Both the position numbers and the translations under genes were made by a program. From NCBI RefSeq assembly GCF_009914755.1, contig NC_060931.1: DNA of 64,000 nucleotides. The stretch is one strand, 5' to 3'. Below, one piece after another: positions 36,831 through 48,719 of the stretch. Positions within the stretch are counted from its first letter, which is position 1; each line of letters begins with the position of its first letter. The stretch is from the human T2T-CHM13v2.0 reference genome, Homo sapiens. The notes beneath the pieces are model-generated. The model worked only from the letters and a program-made list of their open reading frames with translations, was not told the DNA's origin and searched no databases.

Positions 36831-38094
36831 TAAATGATGTTTAAATGTGTTATTCACACTTCCTAGATTTCTTCTAATGAGAAGAAAAGGGCTAATGAAA
36901 CTGGAAGCCTTCTGGAAGCTTAGTGCCCTGCTCTGTATGATGGCATCTATACATCCCTCTCCATGCCTATCTTTGAGTCTCTCCTCTGCAACGATGTGGC
37001 TTTTCTCTATTTCCAGGCTTCCCAGGGTCTCTTAGAGTCTCTTACTATCTGTTTTCCCAAGTTGTTGTTAGACACAGCACCACCCTTTTGTAGCATGCGT
37101 TTCTGGTGTTTAAATCCTGGTGGCTTCATGAGATGTAAATGGGGACTCTTAGAGGACGTAAAACTGTCCATGTTTGAGGATGGAATGGATAAGACAGCCA
37201 GCTATTTAAATGTTGGTAGATTGAAATCAGCCATGGTAGGAGTCACAGAACATCATGGAACTTGGCAGATTCAGAGTGCCCCTTGCAATCTTGTCTTCTG
37301 GCGTTTCTGGCATGGATTAAAAATAAGAAAGAAGTTGGAGCTGGAAGCAAATCAGAGGTATGCTTTCTCAGCTGTCTTCTTGAAAGTTTGGCTCACTACC
37401 TTAGAATCCAAGCTTTTCTACTTCCTAAAACAACAATAACAACAACAAAAAAGACCATTAGTTCACAAGATTTAAACAAAACAAAACATATTTTTCTGCA
37501 ACAAATACTTACCTTTTTGCCCTACTAAACTAGCTTCCCAGGGAACTCCAGCCAGATAAATGAGAAGAACAGAGGAGTGAATTCTCCTAGGAGCCATGAA
37601 GGAGGAGATATTCATTAAATAACCCAGTGTGGGGTTGCTAAATGTCACCATAATTAAGCAGGTCTACCTAGAGACGTTTAACTGGCCCCAGCACATTGTT
37701 GGTGATGACTCGTTTCCAGAAGTCCCCCGGGCAGTTGGCAGGACTTCTGCTCCCAAGCCAGAGATCTGAGCTTCTCTATCTCTCTGCCCAAGCAGTGTAT
37801 GCACAGCTTTCCATTTCCCTTTTCACGGTGTCTCCTGAAGAGGATGAGCCGGGGGCTGCTTCATTTAGCAGTTAGCTTCTCGCTGATCCATAAATTTCTC
37901 GGCAGGCAGGGGGCGTGGTGTGGAATAGCCAAGTGGATGTCAGATCCAGTGTGGGGGCACTGGGGAACTGAGCGGAACGTTGGTCCTGACTCCAAGGCAG
38001 CTGCTGGCTCGAGCTGTGCCAGCCTGCACACCAGGCAGAAGAGATGCTGGCCCGTCAGCCATCGCGGAGTCCCAGACCCATGGGGAAGGTTGAC

Positions 38095-38260
38095 ATCAGC
38101 CACACATTAGAATCATCTGCGGCAGTTTTTAACCTTTCAGTGGTTAAAATCTAAAGACATAGCTTAGACCAATCACATGAGACTTTCTGGTGATGGTGCC
38201 CGGGGATAAGGAGTTTTGAGATAGGTGATTCCATTGTGCACTCAAGTTTGAAAACCACTG
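38095..38260. mobile_element. MER5-family MITE, degenerate
   Basis: CACATTAGAATCATCTG...AGGTGATTCCATTGTGCACTCAAGTTTGAAAACCACTG. Confidence 0.55.
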
Positions 38261-38299
38261 CCCTGAAGAGTGAGGGCAAATTCCCAACACGGATCCAGC

Positions 38300-38460
38300 T
38301 GGTGGTTCTCATTCTGGGGTAGCACAGCCTCTCCAGGGGGACATTGGAGAACCTAAGAAGGTTTGACAGCAACTGGGGCTACTACTGGCATTTAGGGAGT
38401 GTGGACCACAGGTATTCAAAGCCTCTGTATTTTGTAGGACAGTTCTTCACAATGATAAAT
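38300..38460. mobile_element. MER20-family hAT fragment
   Basis: TGGTTCTCA...CCAGGGGGACATTGG...CAACTGGGG.CTACTGGCATTTAG...AGGACAG. Confidence 0.5.
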
Positions 38461-38480
38461 GCCGAATCTCTAAGGTAGGG

Positions 38481-38508
<28 letters not shown>
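38481..38508. repeat. (GT)14 microsatellite
   Basis: Read directly from the sequence. Confidence 0.95.
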
Positions 38509-38511
<3 letters not shown>

Positions 38512-38734
38512 GAATGTGAGAGACACTGGATACATGTGGTCTCATCCGCTGTGGAGGAGGGGAGGCAGCCTGGTCAGCTTCAGTTGGAGATATTGGTAAT
38601 GCAGACACGAGATGTAGAGTCTTTTCCTAGAAAATCAATAACCTGCTTGAAGAGGCCTCTCCACAGAGATTTGTCTAGAGAGAGCACACTGGCTTTGTAT
38701 GTGTGTGTGTGTTTAAAGTAAGCTGCAAAATTCT

Positions 38735-38792
38735 TTGCTATTTTTCCCATTTCTGTGGGAAGAATTGCTATTTTTCCCACTTCTGTGGAAGA
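38735..38792. repeat. 30-bp tandem duplication
   Basis: TTGCTATTTTTCCCATTTCTGTGGGAAGAA followed by TTGCTATTTTTCCCACTTCTGTGGAAGA. Confidence 0.9.
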
Positions 38793-39155
38793 TTCACAGA
38801 ATATTCCTGAATCTGAATGCGAATCATGGCTGAGAGGCCAGGTCGGCGAGGTTGGGGTAGAGGCATTTGTGCAAATGGCACTGGCCAGGGTTCCCCAAGA
38901 AGGCAATGACTTCCCACCTTCTTAATTTGGCAGATTCCACATGATCCATTTGGTGCCCAAAACAAAGCAGATGAAATGTCTGGCCATCCCCATGCCAATT
39001 ATGAAACACCTATGAGATCTGCTATTACAGGCAAGGAGTCACCTATGAACTATGAAGGTGTGTTGTCTAAATTTAATCAGCCACCTGCCCTGCCTGCATG
39101 GATGTGTTGTGTTTCTGTGGTATTTCCAGCATCTCACCTTAGTGTACAACCTTGC

Positions 39156-39289
39156 CTTGCCCATCACGACAGACATGTCTTATCATGGCTTGCATACCAT
39201 GGCAGACACACTTCATCATGGCTTGCACACTACATCAGGTGCATCTTATGGTTTGCACATCATAGCAGACACACTTCATCATGACTTGC
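39156..39289. repeat. Degenerate 33-bp minisatellite, about 4 copies
   Basis: Units start at 39156, 39189, 39222 and 39252 (33, 33, 30, 33 bp). Consensus about CTTGCACAYCATRGCAGACACACTTCATCATGG. Confidence 0.85.
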
Positions 39290-39709
39290 TGCAGGTTTTC
39301 ACCACGGCTGGCACAGTGGGGAGACTGCAGCAAAAGGAATGGAGCACTGAGCTGGACCAAGAACTGAAGGTTCTCACTGGGCATGTTTCCAGGCTCCACA
39401 GGGTGGCCTGCGGTCACAGTCCTAGAGAGTCAGAGTTCTCTTTCGAAGAATCTGATCTTGCTGAAATCACCATCAGCTAGTTTTTTTAAAGTGTTTGTGA
39501 GCCACTCTGCCTGAGGTCACAAAATGCAAGGGCACTAGGGTGTGGGAGTCTGGTGACTTGAGAGCAAAGGACCTGACGAGGGGTTCCCAATGCCAGCCAC
39601 TTTAGAATCAGCTGAGAGAGCTTTTTACAAAACACCACCTACGTTCCTACCATAGGCCATTTGAATCAGAATGTCTTCCGGGGGTCCAGGTATTACTAAA
39701 CTCTCCAGG

Positions 39710-40292
39710 TGTGGAGGACACACTCTAGGGTGACCCCTGAAGATGAGTCACATCCTGTGGAATCCCCTCCCATTGAGCGTGTATAGAACCTGTGACCTGC
39801 TTCTAACCAATAGAATATGGCAAAGGTTAAGGGATATCATTCCCATTACATTATATGGCAAAAATCAAGGTATTTTGCAGCTATAACTAAGGTCCCTAAT
39901 CGGTTGCCTTTGGGCTAATTAAAAAAGGAGATTATCCTGGGTAGGTGTGATGGGTGTAACCTTTACAAGAAGATTTAGACCTTCCAGGAAGTCAGAGACT
40001 TAAGACAGCAGAAACTCTCTCTTCATTGCTGGCTTCGAGGAAACAAGGTGCCACGAATTCAACCATCACAAGAAAATGAATCATTCCAGCCATCTGAGGG
40101 AGCTTGATGCCTCTTGATCAAGCCTCTGTGTGCCAGTGTTCTGGCCAACATCTTGATTTCAGCCTTCTGAGATCCTGAGTAGAGAACCCCTGCAGGCCAT
40201 GCCTAGGCTTCTGACCTACAGACCTGTGAGATAATCAATGGGTATTGTTGACTAAGTTTCTGTTAATTTGTTGTAGAGCATAGAAACTAACA
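39710..40292 (+). mobile_element. MLT1E-family MaLR solo LTR inserted in a MER5 MITE (~39580-40335)
   Basis: TGTGG...AATCCCCTCCCATTGAG...CTTCTAACCAATAGAATATGGCAAAGG...AAAGGAGATTATCCTGGGT...CTGTGAGATAAT...AGAAACTAACA. MER5 halves lie on either side. Confidence 0.8.
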
Positions 40293-40919
40293 TTAAGCGA
40301 TTCTAACATTCACCCAGTGTCAAATATCCCTGGACTATGTGATTGCTAAGGGTCTGTCCAGCTTGGGAGTGCTCTGATTAATAATGAGGTTAGGAATGAT
40401 TATCCAGAATTCAGAAATAAGGAAAAAGATGACTTGCATGTCATTGCTAACAGGCTCATGCAAGGTTTAATTATCTACGGGAATGAACTGGTGTTTGCTT
40501 AACTATTTGATTATATCCCAGATACTGTGTTAACTTGAATATTTTTTGTCCAGTGGAAATACAAATGATACTACCTGCCAGAAAAGATAATCCCAAAGGT
40601 TATGACTTATTGCACTGTAGTATCTTTACCAGTTTTGTAACTAACCCAGCAATTTTATTCTGACATTTATTTATTAAATTATATATAAATACTCTGCTCC
40701 CCAAATGTTCTTTGGACCAGACTTACTAATAACGATCCCTTCATTAATTAATGAATTAAATAAAATCTCTGACACACATCCATTTTATATTTGTGTGATT
40801 CATTTTCAGTTTTCTGAAAATTAAACTGATGACTTTTACAAGGTGATTTCAGGTAACAATATTTTTATATACACTCTTATTTGATGCTGTAGTGGCACAG
40901 GTAGGAAATAAAGGTGTGT

Positions 40920-41270
40920 ATTCATTTTGCAGATGAAGACACCAAGTCTAAGAGAAAGTAAATAATTTGATCAAGACCACGAAGCTAATAAGTGCTCCTG
41001 CCTCAGCCCTAACTCAGATTCTTTGCCAAGTCGTGTGTTCTTTCCCAACACCAAACTGTCCTTCTGCCTTACACAAACAGCACTTTATAAAGAGTGTAAA
41101 AGCATTGTTTCCCATTTAATCCTTCTAACAGTCTTTTGACATAGGCACTATATACTCCATTTTAAAATTAGGAAACTGAGCATAAACAGTTTTATATAAC
41201 TTGACCCAAATCTCACAATGGCAGTTAGAATTCAAACAGGCAGCCTGGCTTCTGCATCCAGTCTCTTACT
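40920..41270 (-). mobile_element. Two adjacent MIR fragments
   Basis: CATTTTGCAGATGAAGACACCAAG...AGAGAAAGTAAATAATTTG and CCATTTTAAAATTAGGAAACTGAG...ATAACTTGACCCAA. Confidence 0.6.
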
Positions 41271-42071
41271 CCTCGTGCAGTGGCTCTGAAGAGGACTCTT
41301 GGTGAAGCAATTGCTTACTGGCCCAGGGTCCCCACTCCCATCTGAAACATCTGGTAAGTGGCTCTAAGACGTTGGAACTGCTCTGCTCTGAGATCAGATT
41401 GAATAGCACACCAGCCCAGGACCTGAGAGAGACTGTCAGCTCCTTCTGTGCATTTCTCATGGTTCCCTTTGTCTTCCACAATAGATAACTTAGAGGTTTG
41501 CAAGCGATTACAAGTGAGCGACTGCAGTCATCTACGAATGTGGTTAATAGGCAATACCTAGCCAGAACCCAGCTGTCTACTTTGAACCATTGATTATGAG
41601 TGAAAGAAAAAACATTCTTTTCGCTATGGGAAAGACATTTACACTCATTTACAGGGGGCAGTGTGAGCTCACTCAACCAAACAGAGCTATAGCTAAATTG
41701 CAAGATTTTTAGAGACAAGAGAGAATATTTGGGTTATCAAATAGTGGGAAATGTCTCAGTCACACATAATGTCTGTATCTTAAACTTCTTTAGTTTTTCT
41801 GGATCATCCACAATTTCATTTCATCTAGATCCAAATTCTCTTTCCTGCTAGAACCAGCTCTTGATATACCTGTTTTGTGATTAGGATAATGCTTTTTTTA
41901 AACTTGTTGCAAAAGATCTCTCTGAGGCATCAAGGAACATGGCTTGATTCTACTGTTGAAGAGCCAGAACTGATCTGTAGCCATCCCTCACCCACTCATA
42001 TGATTGTATTCGTTATGTTATTCACTCAGTTTTCTTCTTTCCAAACTGGATTTCCATTTCTGTAGTGGCAA

Positions 42072-42259
42072 CAGGGCTAACATGTATAACTGTGTCATGC
42101 CAAAGGGCCCCCAGCTGAGTTGGGGGGCCTGAATCTGAAAGCTCAGTCCCCTCTCTGCAGGCCAATTGGGGTATCCCAGGGTCAACTATGTTTGCCTGAA
42201 GGAAAGGGCTTCTCTTTCTAATTCACACGCAGGAGCTATATGGGCAAATAGAGTATCTG
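42072..42259. mobile_element. MER91B hAT-Tip100 MITE
   Basis: CAGGGC start, AAGGGCCCCCAGCTGAG...GGGGGCCTGAA, TTTCTAATTCACAC...ATATGGGC end. Confidence 0.5.
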
Positions 42260-42406
42260 CTGTAACCTGTCCTCACATGGAAGCTGAAATGGAGAATTCC
42301 TGTTTAAAATGGCCACTTCACTTTCACAAGTGAATAAATGTTTAAAACTTTATGCATTTAAATAGTGTTCAGTTTTTAAGGGAATTCTCTAAGTATTTCT
42401 CTATAT

Positions 42407-42914
42407 CAGCAGTCCCCAATCTTTTTAGCACCAGGGACTGGTTTCTTGAAAGACAGTTTTTCCATGGACTGGGGTGTGGGGAGTGAGGATGGTCTGGGGA
42501 TGATTCACGTGCATTACATTTATTATGCACTTTATTTGTATTATTATTACATTATAATATATAATGAAATAATTATACAACTCATCATAATATAGAATCA
42601 GTGGGAGCCCTGAGTTTGTTTTCCTGCAACTAGACAGTCCTATCTAGGGGTGGTGGGAGACAGTGGCAGATGATCAGGTATTAGATTCTCATAAGGAGCG
42701 TGTAACCTAGATCTCACATGTGCAGTTCACAGTAGGGTTTGCACTCCTATGAGAATCTGATGCCACCACTGATCTGACAGGAGATGGAGCTCAGACGGTA
42801 ATGGGGAGGGGCTGTAAATTACAGATGAAGCTTTACTGGCTCGCCCACCGCTCCTCCTGCTGTGCAGCCTGGTCCCTAACAGGTTGTCTGTGACCCAGGG
42901 GTTGGGGACCTCTG
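42407..42914 (+). mobile_element. MER1A (hAT-Charlie non-autonomous DNA transposon), full length
   Basis: Terminal inverted repeats CAGCAGTCCCCAA / TTGGGGACCTCTG and perfect 8-bp TSD CTCTATAT (42399-42406 and 42915-42922). Confidence 0.92.
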
Positions 42915-43129
42915 CTCTATATGACAGAAATACAGTACAGGAAGTCAGCTAATATAATTTCCCATGGAAACTTAATATTTCCTAATTGATGTTTTCATCA
43001 TGAAAACTATCATCTTTGCTTTGTTATGACCATGTATACTTGAGTGAATTTTAATCTCAATCATATAATTTCCTTGAGAAAAGCTGTACTATTAGTTACA
43101 AATTGTGTCCAAGAAATTATATAGAATCC

Positions 43130-43295
43130 AAATAAACTATAAATGTTTGAGGTGATGAAAGTGCTAACTACCACGGTTTGATCATTACATAAAGTAGACA
43201 TGTGTCAAAACATCACACTGTGATATGTGTAATTATTATGCGTCATAAATATGTATAATTATTATGTGTCAATGAAAAACCAAAAACAAAAATAA
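43130..43295 (+). mobile_element. L1MA 3' terminal fragment with an internal ~26-bp tandem duplication
   Basis: ATAAATGTTTGAGGTGATG...TTTGATCATTACA...AAACATCACACTG, two copies of ATATGTRTAATTATTATGYGTCA, A-rich tail. Confidence 0.75.
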
Positions 43296-43589
43296 CAAGT
43301 CAGTTTTTAAAAATGATTGCTATTATAGAGGGTGGCTTGCTTATTTCTAAAGTAGCACATCCTTCAAAATAGTGTAAGGAAAGGTAACATTCAGTGGTTG
43401 TTGTGGAGATGTTGCCTTGAAAAGCATGGTTGCCTGCATTCTCTTTTAAGGAAAGAAAAGAAATTTATGAATTGGCCTCCAGTGCTTAAACTGCAACCCC
43501 TCCCCCCCACAAAAAAATCCTCTCCTCTTGTCTCCTATCAGATATGCAAGTCAAAGACGCTATTACTCTAAATCTCAATTCATGGCATT

Positions 43590-46450
43590 AAAAATTCAGG
43601 TTTATTGAGGTCTTAACTTCATGCAGTAAAATAAATCTTGTTAGAGTACACTGCAATGAGTTTGACAAAGGCTTATAGTCATGTAATGACTACCACAATC
43701 AAGATATAGAACAGTTCTATTACTCCAAAAATTTCTCCTGTTCAACTTTTTTTGTAGACCACCTCTAACTCTATCTGTAACCCCTGGCATTCACTAATCT
43801 GATTTTTTTGTACCTATAGTTTTGCTTTTTTTAAAATGTCATATAGTTTTTTTATAAAACTTCTAGAATAAATAATAGGTAAAAATATGTAGTACTTTGA
43901 GTTTAGTGAGCTCCTACCATTGAGGAAGGAGAAGGATGTCACACAGCATGTAGCTTTTTGAACCTGGCTTCTTTTATGTAGCAGAATGCAGTTGAGATTA
44001 ACCCATGCTATTGTGGGTATCCATAGTACATTCCTTTCTGTTGCTGAATACTGTGGATGTACAACAGTTTGTTCATCTACTCATCAGTTAAAAGATATTT
44101 GAGATGTTTCTAGTTTCTGGTGATTATCAATAAAACTGCTGTAAACATTCATGTATATGTTATTATGTGGACGTAAGTTCCACTTCTCTTGGGCAAATAC
44201 CTAGGAATGGGAGACTCGGTGAATATGTTTATCTTTACAAGAAACTGCCAAACTATTTTTCTTCCCAGGTAGCCGTATGATTTTGCATTCCCACCAGCAA
44301 TGAACAAGAGTTCCAGTGGCCACTTCACTAAAACTTGATATTGTCATTTAAAAAATTTATTGTAGCCCTTCTAATAAGTATGTGGTAGTATGTGAGCACT
44401 TTTTCATATGCTTATTTGCTATTTTTATACCTTCTATAGTTATGTAATTATTGCCACCCCCTTGTAAAATTGGGTTGTTTTTCTAGTGTTTTGAGACTTC
44501 TTTGTTTTGAGAATTCTTTATATATTCTGGATACAAGTTCTTTATCAGAGATGTGATTTTCAAATATTTTCCTCCAAGTCTATGGCTTGTCTTTTCATTC
44601 TTTTAAGTGTCTCATCCGCACTGTTTAATTTTGAGAAATCCCAAATAATTACTTTTTTAAATCGATCAGGCTTTTTATGTCATATTGAAAAAGTCATCAC
44701 CAAACTCGAAGTACTACATATTTTTACCTATTATTTCTTCTAGAAGTTTTACAGTTTTAAGTTTTACGTTTAGTTCTTTGATTCATTTTGAGTTAATTTT
44801 AGTATAAGGTGTCAGGTGGTTTGAGTTGTTGAGATTCTACTTTTTTTTTTTTTTTTTTTTTTGCCTATGGGTGTCCAACTAATCCAGTACCATTTATTGA
44901 AAAGTCTATTCTGGCCAGGTGTGGTGACTCACACCTGTAATCCTAGCACTTTGGGAGACCAAGGCAGGGGGATCACGAAGTCAGGAGTTCGAGACCAGCC
45001 TGGCCAATATGGTGACACCCCATCTCTACTAAAAATACAAAAATTAGCCAGGTTTGGTGGCACGTGCCTGTAGTACCAGCTACTCAGGAGGCTGAGGTAG
45101 GAGAATCACTTGAACCCAGGAGGCGAAGGTTGCAGAGAGCCAAGGTTGCACCACTGTACTCCAGCTTGGGTGACAGAGAGAGACTCCATCTAAAAAAAAA
45201 AAAAAAATTAAATTCTATTCTTTCTCCATTGAGTGGCCTTTTAAACTTTGTCAAAAATAAGTTGATTGTGTTTGTGTGGTCCAACTTCTGGTCTTTCTAC
45301 TTAATGTGTCTATTCTTTTGTCAAGTCTACAGTGTCTTGATTACTATAGCTTTTATAGTAAATTTTGAAATTGAGTAGTGTGAGTCCTTGAACTTTGTTC
45401 TTCATTTTAGTAATTGCTTTTGCTAGTCTAGTTACTTTGTCTTTCCATGTAAATTTTAGGATTGGCTTGTTGATATCTAAGCAAGAGCTTTTTGACTGAG
45501 ATTGCCTTGAATCAATTAGAGAGAACTGACTTTTTAACAATATTCAATCTTCCGATCCATGAACATGGTGGATCTTTCCATTTATTTAGATCTTCTTTGA
45601 TGTATTTCATCAGAGGTCTTTCATCAGTATACAGATCCTATGTATATTTTGTTTAATTCCTACCTAAGTGCTTCATTTTTTGTGCTATTGTAAACGGTAT
45701 TTTTTTTTAAAAATTCTAAATTCCAATTGTTCACTGCCTGTATAGGGAATATGATTGACTGTTTTCTATTGGCTTTGTATTTCTACTAATTTTACTCATT
45801 AGTTCTATGAGCTTTTTGTGTACATTAGTTAGTCAGTTCCAGAAGCTTCTTTTTGTAGATTGTTTGGGATTTTCTACAAAAACATGTTGTCTGTTAATAG
45901 AGATTGTTTTATTTCTTCTTTCCCATTCTATTTGTCTTTTATTTATTTTTCTTCTCTTATTGCATGGGCTAGAATATAGACAATATTAAATAAAAGTAAT
46001 GAGTGGATATGTCTTTCTTGTCCCATTTTGGGGGAAAAACATTCAGTCTTTCAACTGTTAAATATGATGATACCTGTAGATTTTTTGTAGATGCCTTTTT
46101 TAGGGGTGAGGTTCTATTCTTAGTTTGCTGAGAGTTTTTGTCATGACAAGATGTTGAATTCTGTCAAATGATTTTTCTGCACCTATTGATCTGATCATTT
46201 GGTTCTTCTTCTCTAGTCAGGTGATATCATGCATTATATTTGATTTTTGAATATTGAACCAGCCTTGTATTTCTAGGATGATGCCAACTGTTTCATGATT
46301 TTTTTTTATTATTGCTGAATTTTATTTGCTATCATTTTGTATGCATCTACATTAATGCATCAACATTAACGAAGGATACTGGCCTGTAGTTTTCTTACTT
46401 TGCAACGTTTTTGTCTAATTTTGGTTTTAGGGTAATGTTTTTCTTCCTTT
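43590..46450 (-). mobile_element. L1MD/ME-type element, 3' UTR and degenerate ORF2 (interrupted by AluSg)
   Basis: TTTATTGAGG...CCACAATCAAGATATAGAACAGTTC 3' end. Minus ORF 45310..45540 (ILKFTWKDK..RLAKAI..KNKVQGLTLLNFKIYYK) is ORF2p-like. Confidence 0.85.
44913..45207 (+). mobile_element. AluSg-like
   Basis: GGCCAGGTGTGGTG start, GATCACGAAGTCAGGAGTTCGAGACCAGCCTGGCCAA, A-tail, TSD AAAGTCTATTCT / AAATTCTATTCT. Confidence 0.93.
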
Positions 46451-47513
46451 CCTTGTGTGTGTATCTCTTAATTTTGGATTGAATGTGAATACTTTGTGAG
46501 ATGGTAGAGACTGAAGTAAATATATTTATGCCTAGAAATGAACATGGCTCTTCTGATTGGCCACAAGAGTGTGTTTGGTGGGGGGTAGTTGGGAGTGAAG
46601 ATGAATTGATCTGGAATTGAGCTGGATTTGGGCTTTTTGGTTGCTGTGGTTGCTGTCAGTTCACCCCGTCTGCTACTCTAATAGTGTTACATTATGCTTA
46701 GGGTGAGGACTGGGTTGCTGGAGGGCTTTTCTCAATGTTTCTCTCTGCCTACTCCAGAAGGTAGTCTCTCTCTGTACTCTTGCTCTTCACACAGCATTAA
46801 TTTACTGTTTCTTGTCACTCTGTGTTTGCTAGCCTCGGGGCGGGAGGTGGCCCTGTCTCAGAATCAGGCGCCCTGTGCCTGTGGGTTTCACAGGCAGGGC
46901 TTTTCAGTCATCCTTCTCCTTCCTCGATGGTAGGAGCTCTCTAACATTCTGTGCTGATAGTTTCCCAATCCTTCCCCAGGATAGAGGTTTTCCTTTCTTT
47001 CTCCTTCCTTCAGACACTGTGGATCTTTCTCTGTGCCCCGGAGGCTACAGGTTTACTCCCCTTACTCCAGGAAGGTGAAGTCATTTGTTTCACAGGGGAG
47101 AAGGGCTTTGGAAGGGGTGATATTCACTACCAGAGGAGGTTCTCTCACATCTCCCATCCTGCCCTTCTCTGTGCTTGAAGAACCTGCAAAGTCCCTTTGT
47201 GTCTGCAGTTCCCAGGGTTTCTCTTCTTTGATGCTAGCATTAGCCTGTAGCAATACATTAAAAATTTCACCTGAGTTCTTACTTGTATGGTGCTTGGCTT
47301 TCCTGCCTTCCATATTCTGCCACAGGTGAGTTTGTGCCCACATTTCATCTCTTCTTGGAGATACCTGTCTTTCCTTAGACTTGGTTGCCTGTGGCTTCAG
47401 CTCTCTGATGAGTTTTACAAACTATAATTTTCTATTATCTGGATTTTTCTTGTTGTTGGTATGTTATCAAAGCTCTTTCCAGCTTTCAACATCCTAAGCA
47501 GGAATCAGAACTC
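46450..47513 (-). mobile_element. Old L1M 5' UTR region
   Basis: Ends TTCCAGCTTTCAACATCCTAAGCAGGAATCAGAACTC, similar to the antisense L1M 5' terminus (…TTTACATGCCAGAGCGGAAACCGGAAGTC). Confidence 0.5.
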
Positions 47514-48069
47514 CCATCCATTGCATCTTGATGGATACAAAATGCAAATGCTAAGTACAGTCTCATCCACATTCAATGCTACTACCTTTCCTCCTTGGTT
47601 TAAGATAATTTTATATATCCTTGATTTTTCTCTGCATTCCTAAAAAACTATTATGGATCAGTGATTTTCTTCCTAAATGTTCTTCTTACTCAATGCCACT
47701 TTTCTGGAATGTTTTCCTTCATAAGTCCCATCCCTTCTCCTTCTCCCCAGTCTGGAGCAGTGCTCAAGAGCCAGATTGGAAAGCATGAACCAGGGTTATG
47801 CAATGACGTGCCTGGGGCCAGAGTTCCTGTGAGAGGTGGGACCTCCTGAGGTCAAGTAGAATGGGGGCTGGGTCTAGTGTCATTTGGGCATTAAAAGAAA
47901 ATAGGACCCCTTGAGTCCTGAAAAGTTTGAAATATCAGAATTTTAAACACTCTAGGAGGCAGATTGTTTTGACTGGTGGGGATATCTGGAAGATATAGGA
48001 AGAAAGTAATTAGGAAAAGAAAAACTCTTAAAAACCCCTCTCTTGATGCTCTCTTCACCTCTAAGCACT

Positions 48070-48441
48070 GTGTAGTAGACAATAAACTGCTCACTAAATA
48101 TTTCCAGTTCTCCAGGTGGCACATGGTAGAGTTGCCTTTCCCTCCCCCTTGAGTTAAGTGTAGGCATGTGACTCACTTCTGGTAATAAAATGTGAGCAGA
48201 AGTGATGTGTGCCACTTCGAGGTGGAGGTTTTCAGAGCCAATGCATCATTTGCCAAGTTTTCATTTTACTTCTTTCACAGCAATGGGCAGTGTTCCACAT
48301 AGGGACTGCCAGGCTGGGTCCTAAAGAGAGGACACAGAGCACAGTCCCCAGTTGTCCTCAATGAACTTGTAGCATAAGTGGAAATAAAATTGGAGCCTTG
48401 TTTGTTTTTGCAGCATAAGCTAACTCACCAGGACTAATACA
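48070..48441 (+). mobile_element. MLT1J/MLT1I-like MaLR LTR
   Basis: CCCCTTGAGTTAAGTGTAGGCATGTGACTCACTTCTGG..AATAAAATGTGAGCAGAAGTGATGTGTGCCACTTC...GACTAATACA. Confidence 0.75.
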
Positions 48442-48719
48442 CATGAGAAAGGAACAATTGATACTTATTAAAGTTTGGATCCTAAGATTTGAGGGTCCTA
48501 ACGTTCCTTTCTCTCAGCTTGTTACAATGCTCCCATTTGGCTTATGGAGACAGACAAGGGGTGTGCAGGGACCTTCCTGGGGCCGTGCCCTGGACTGGCT
48601 TCTCTGGCTGAAAGCAGAGTAATTTGCACTCACCCAAAATTGTCCTTTGTTGCAAGAACATTTTTTGTTTATAGTTAACCTTTTACTGTGAAATCCATCT
48701 GTTCTTTTACTGCTTGGGC

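Noticed and set aside
39156-39289. CRISPR-like array
   Set aside because: Units are contiguous degenerate tandem copies with no unique spacers, there are no cas genes, and the DNA is primate.
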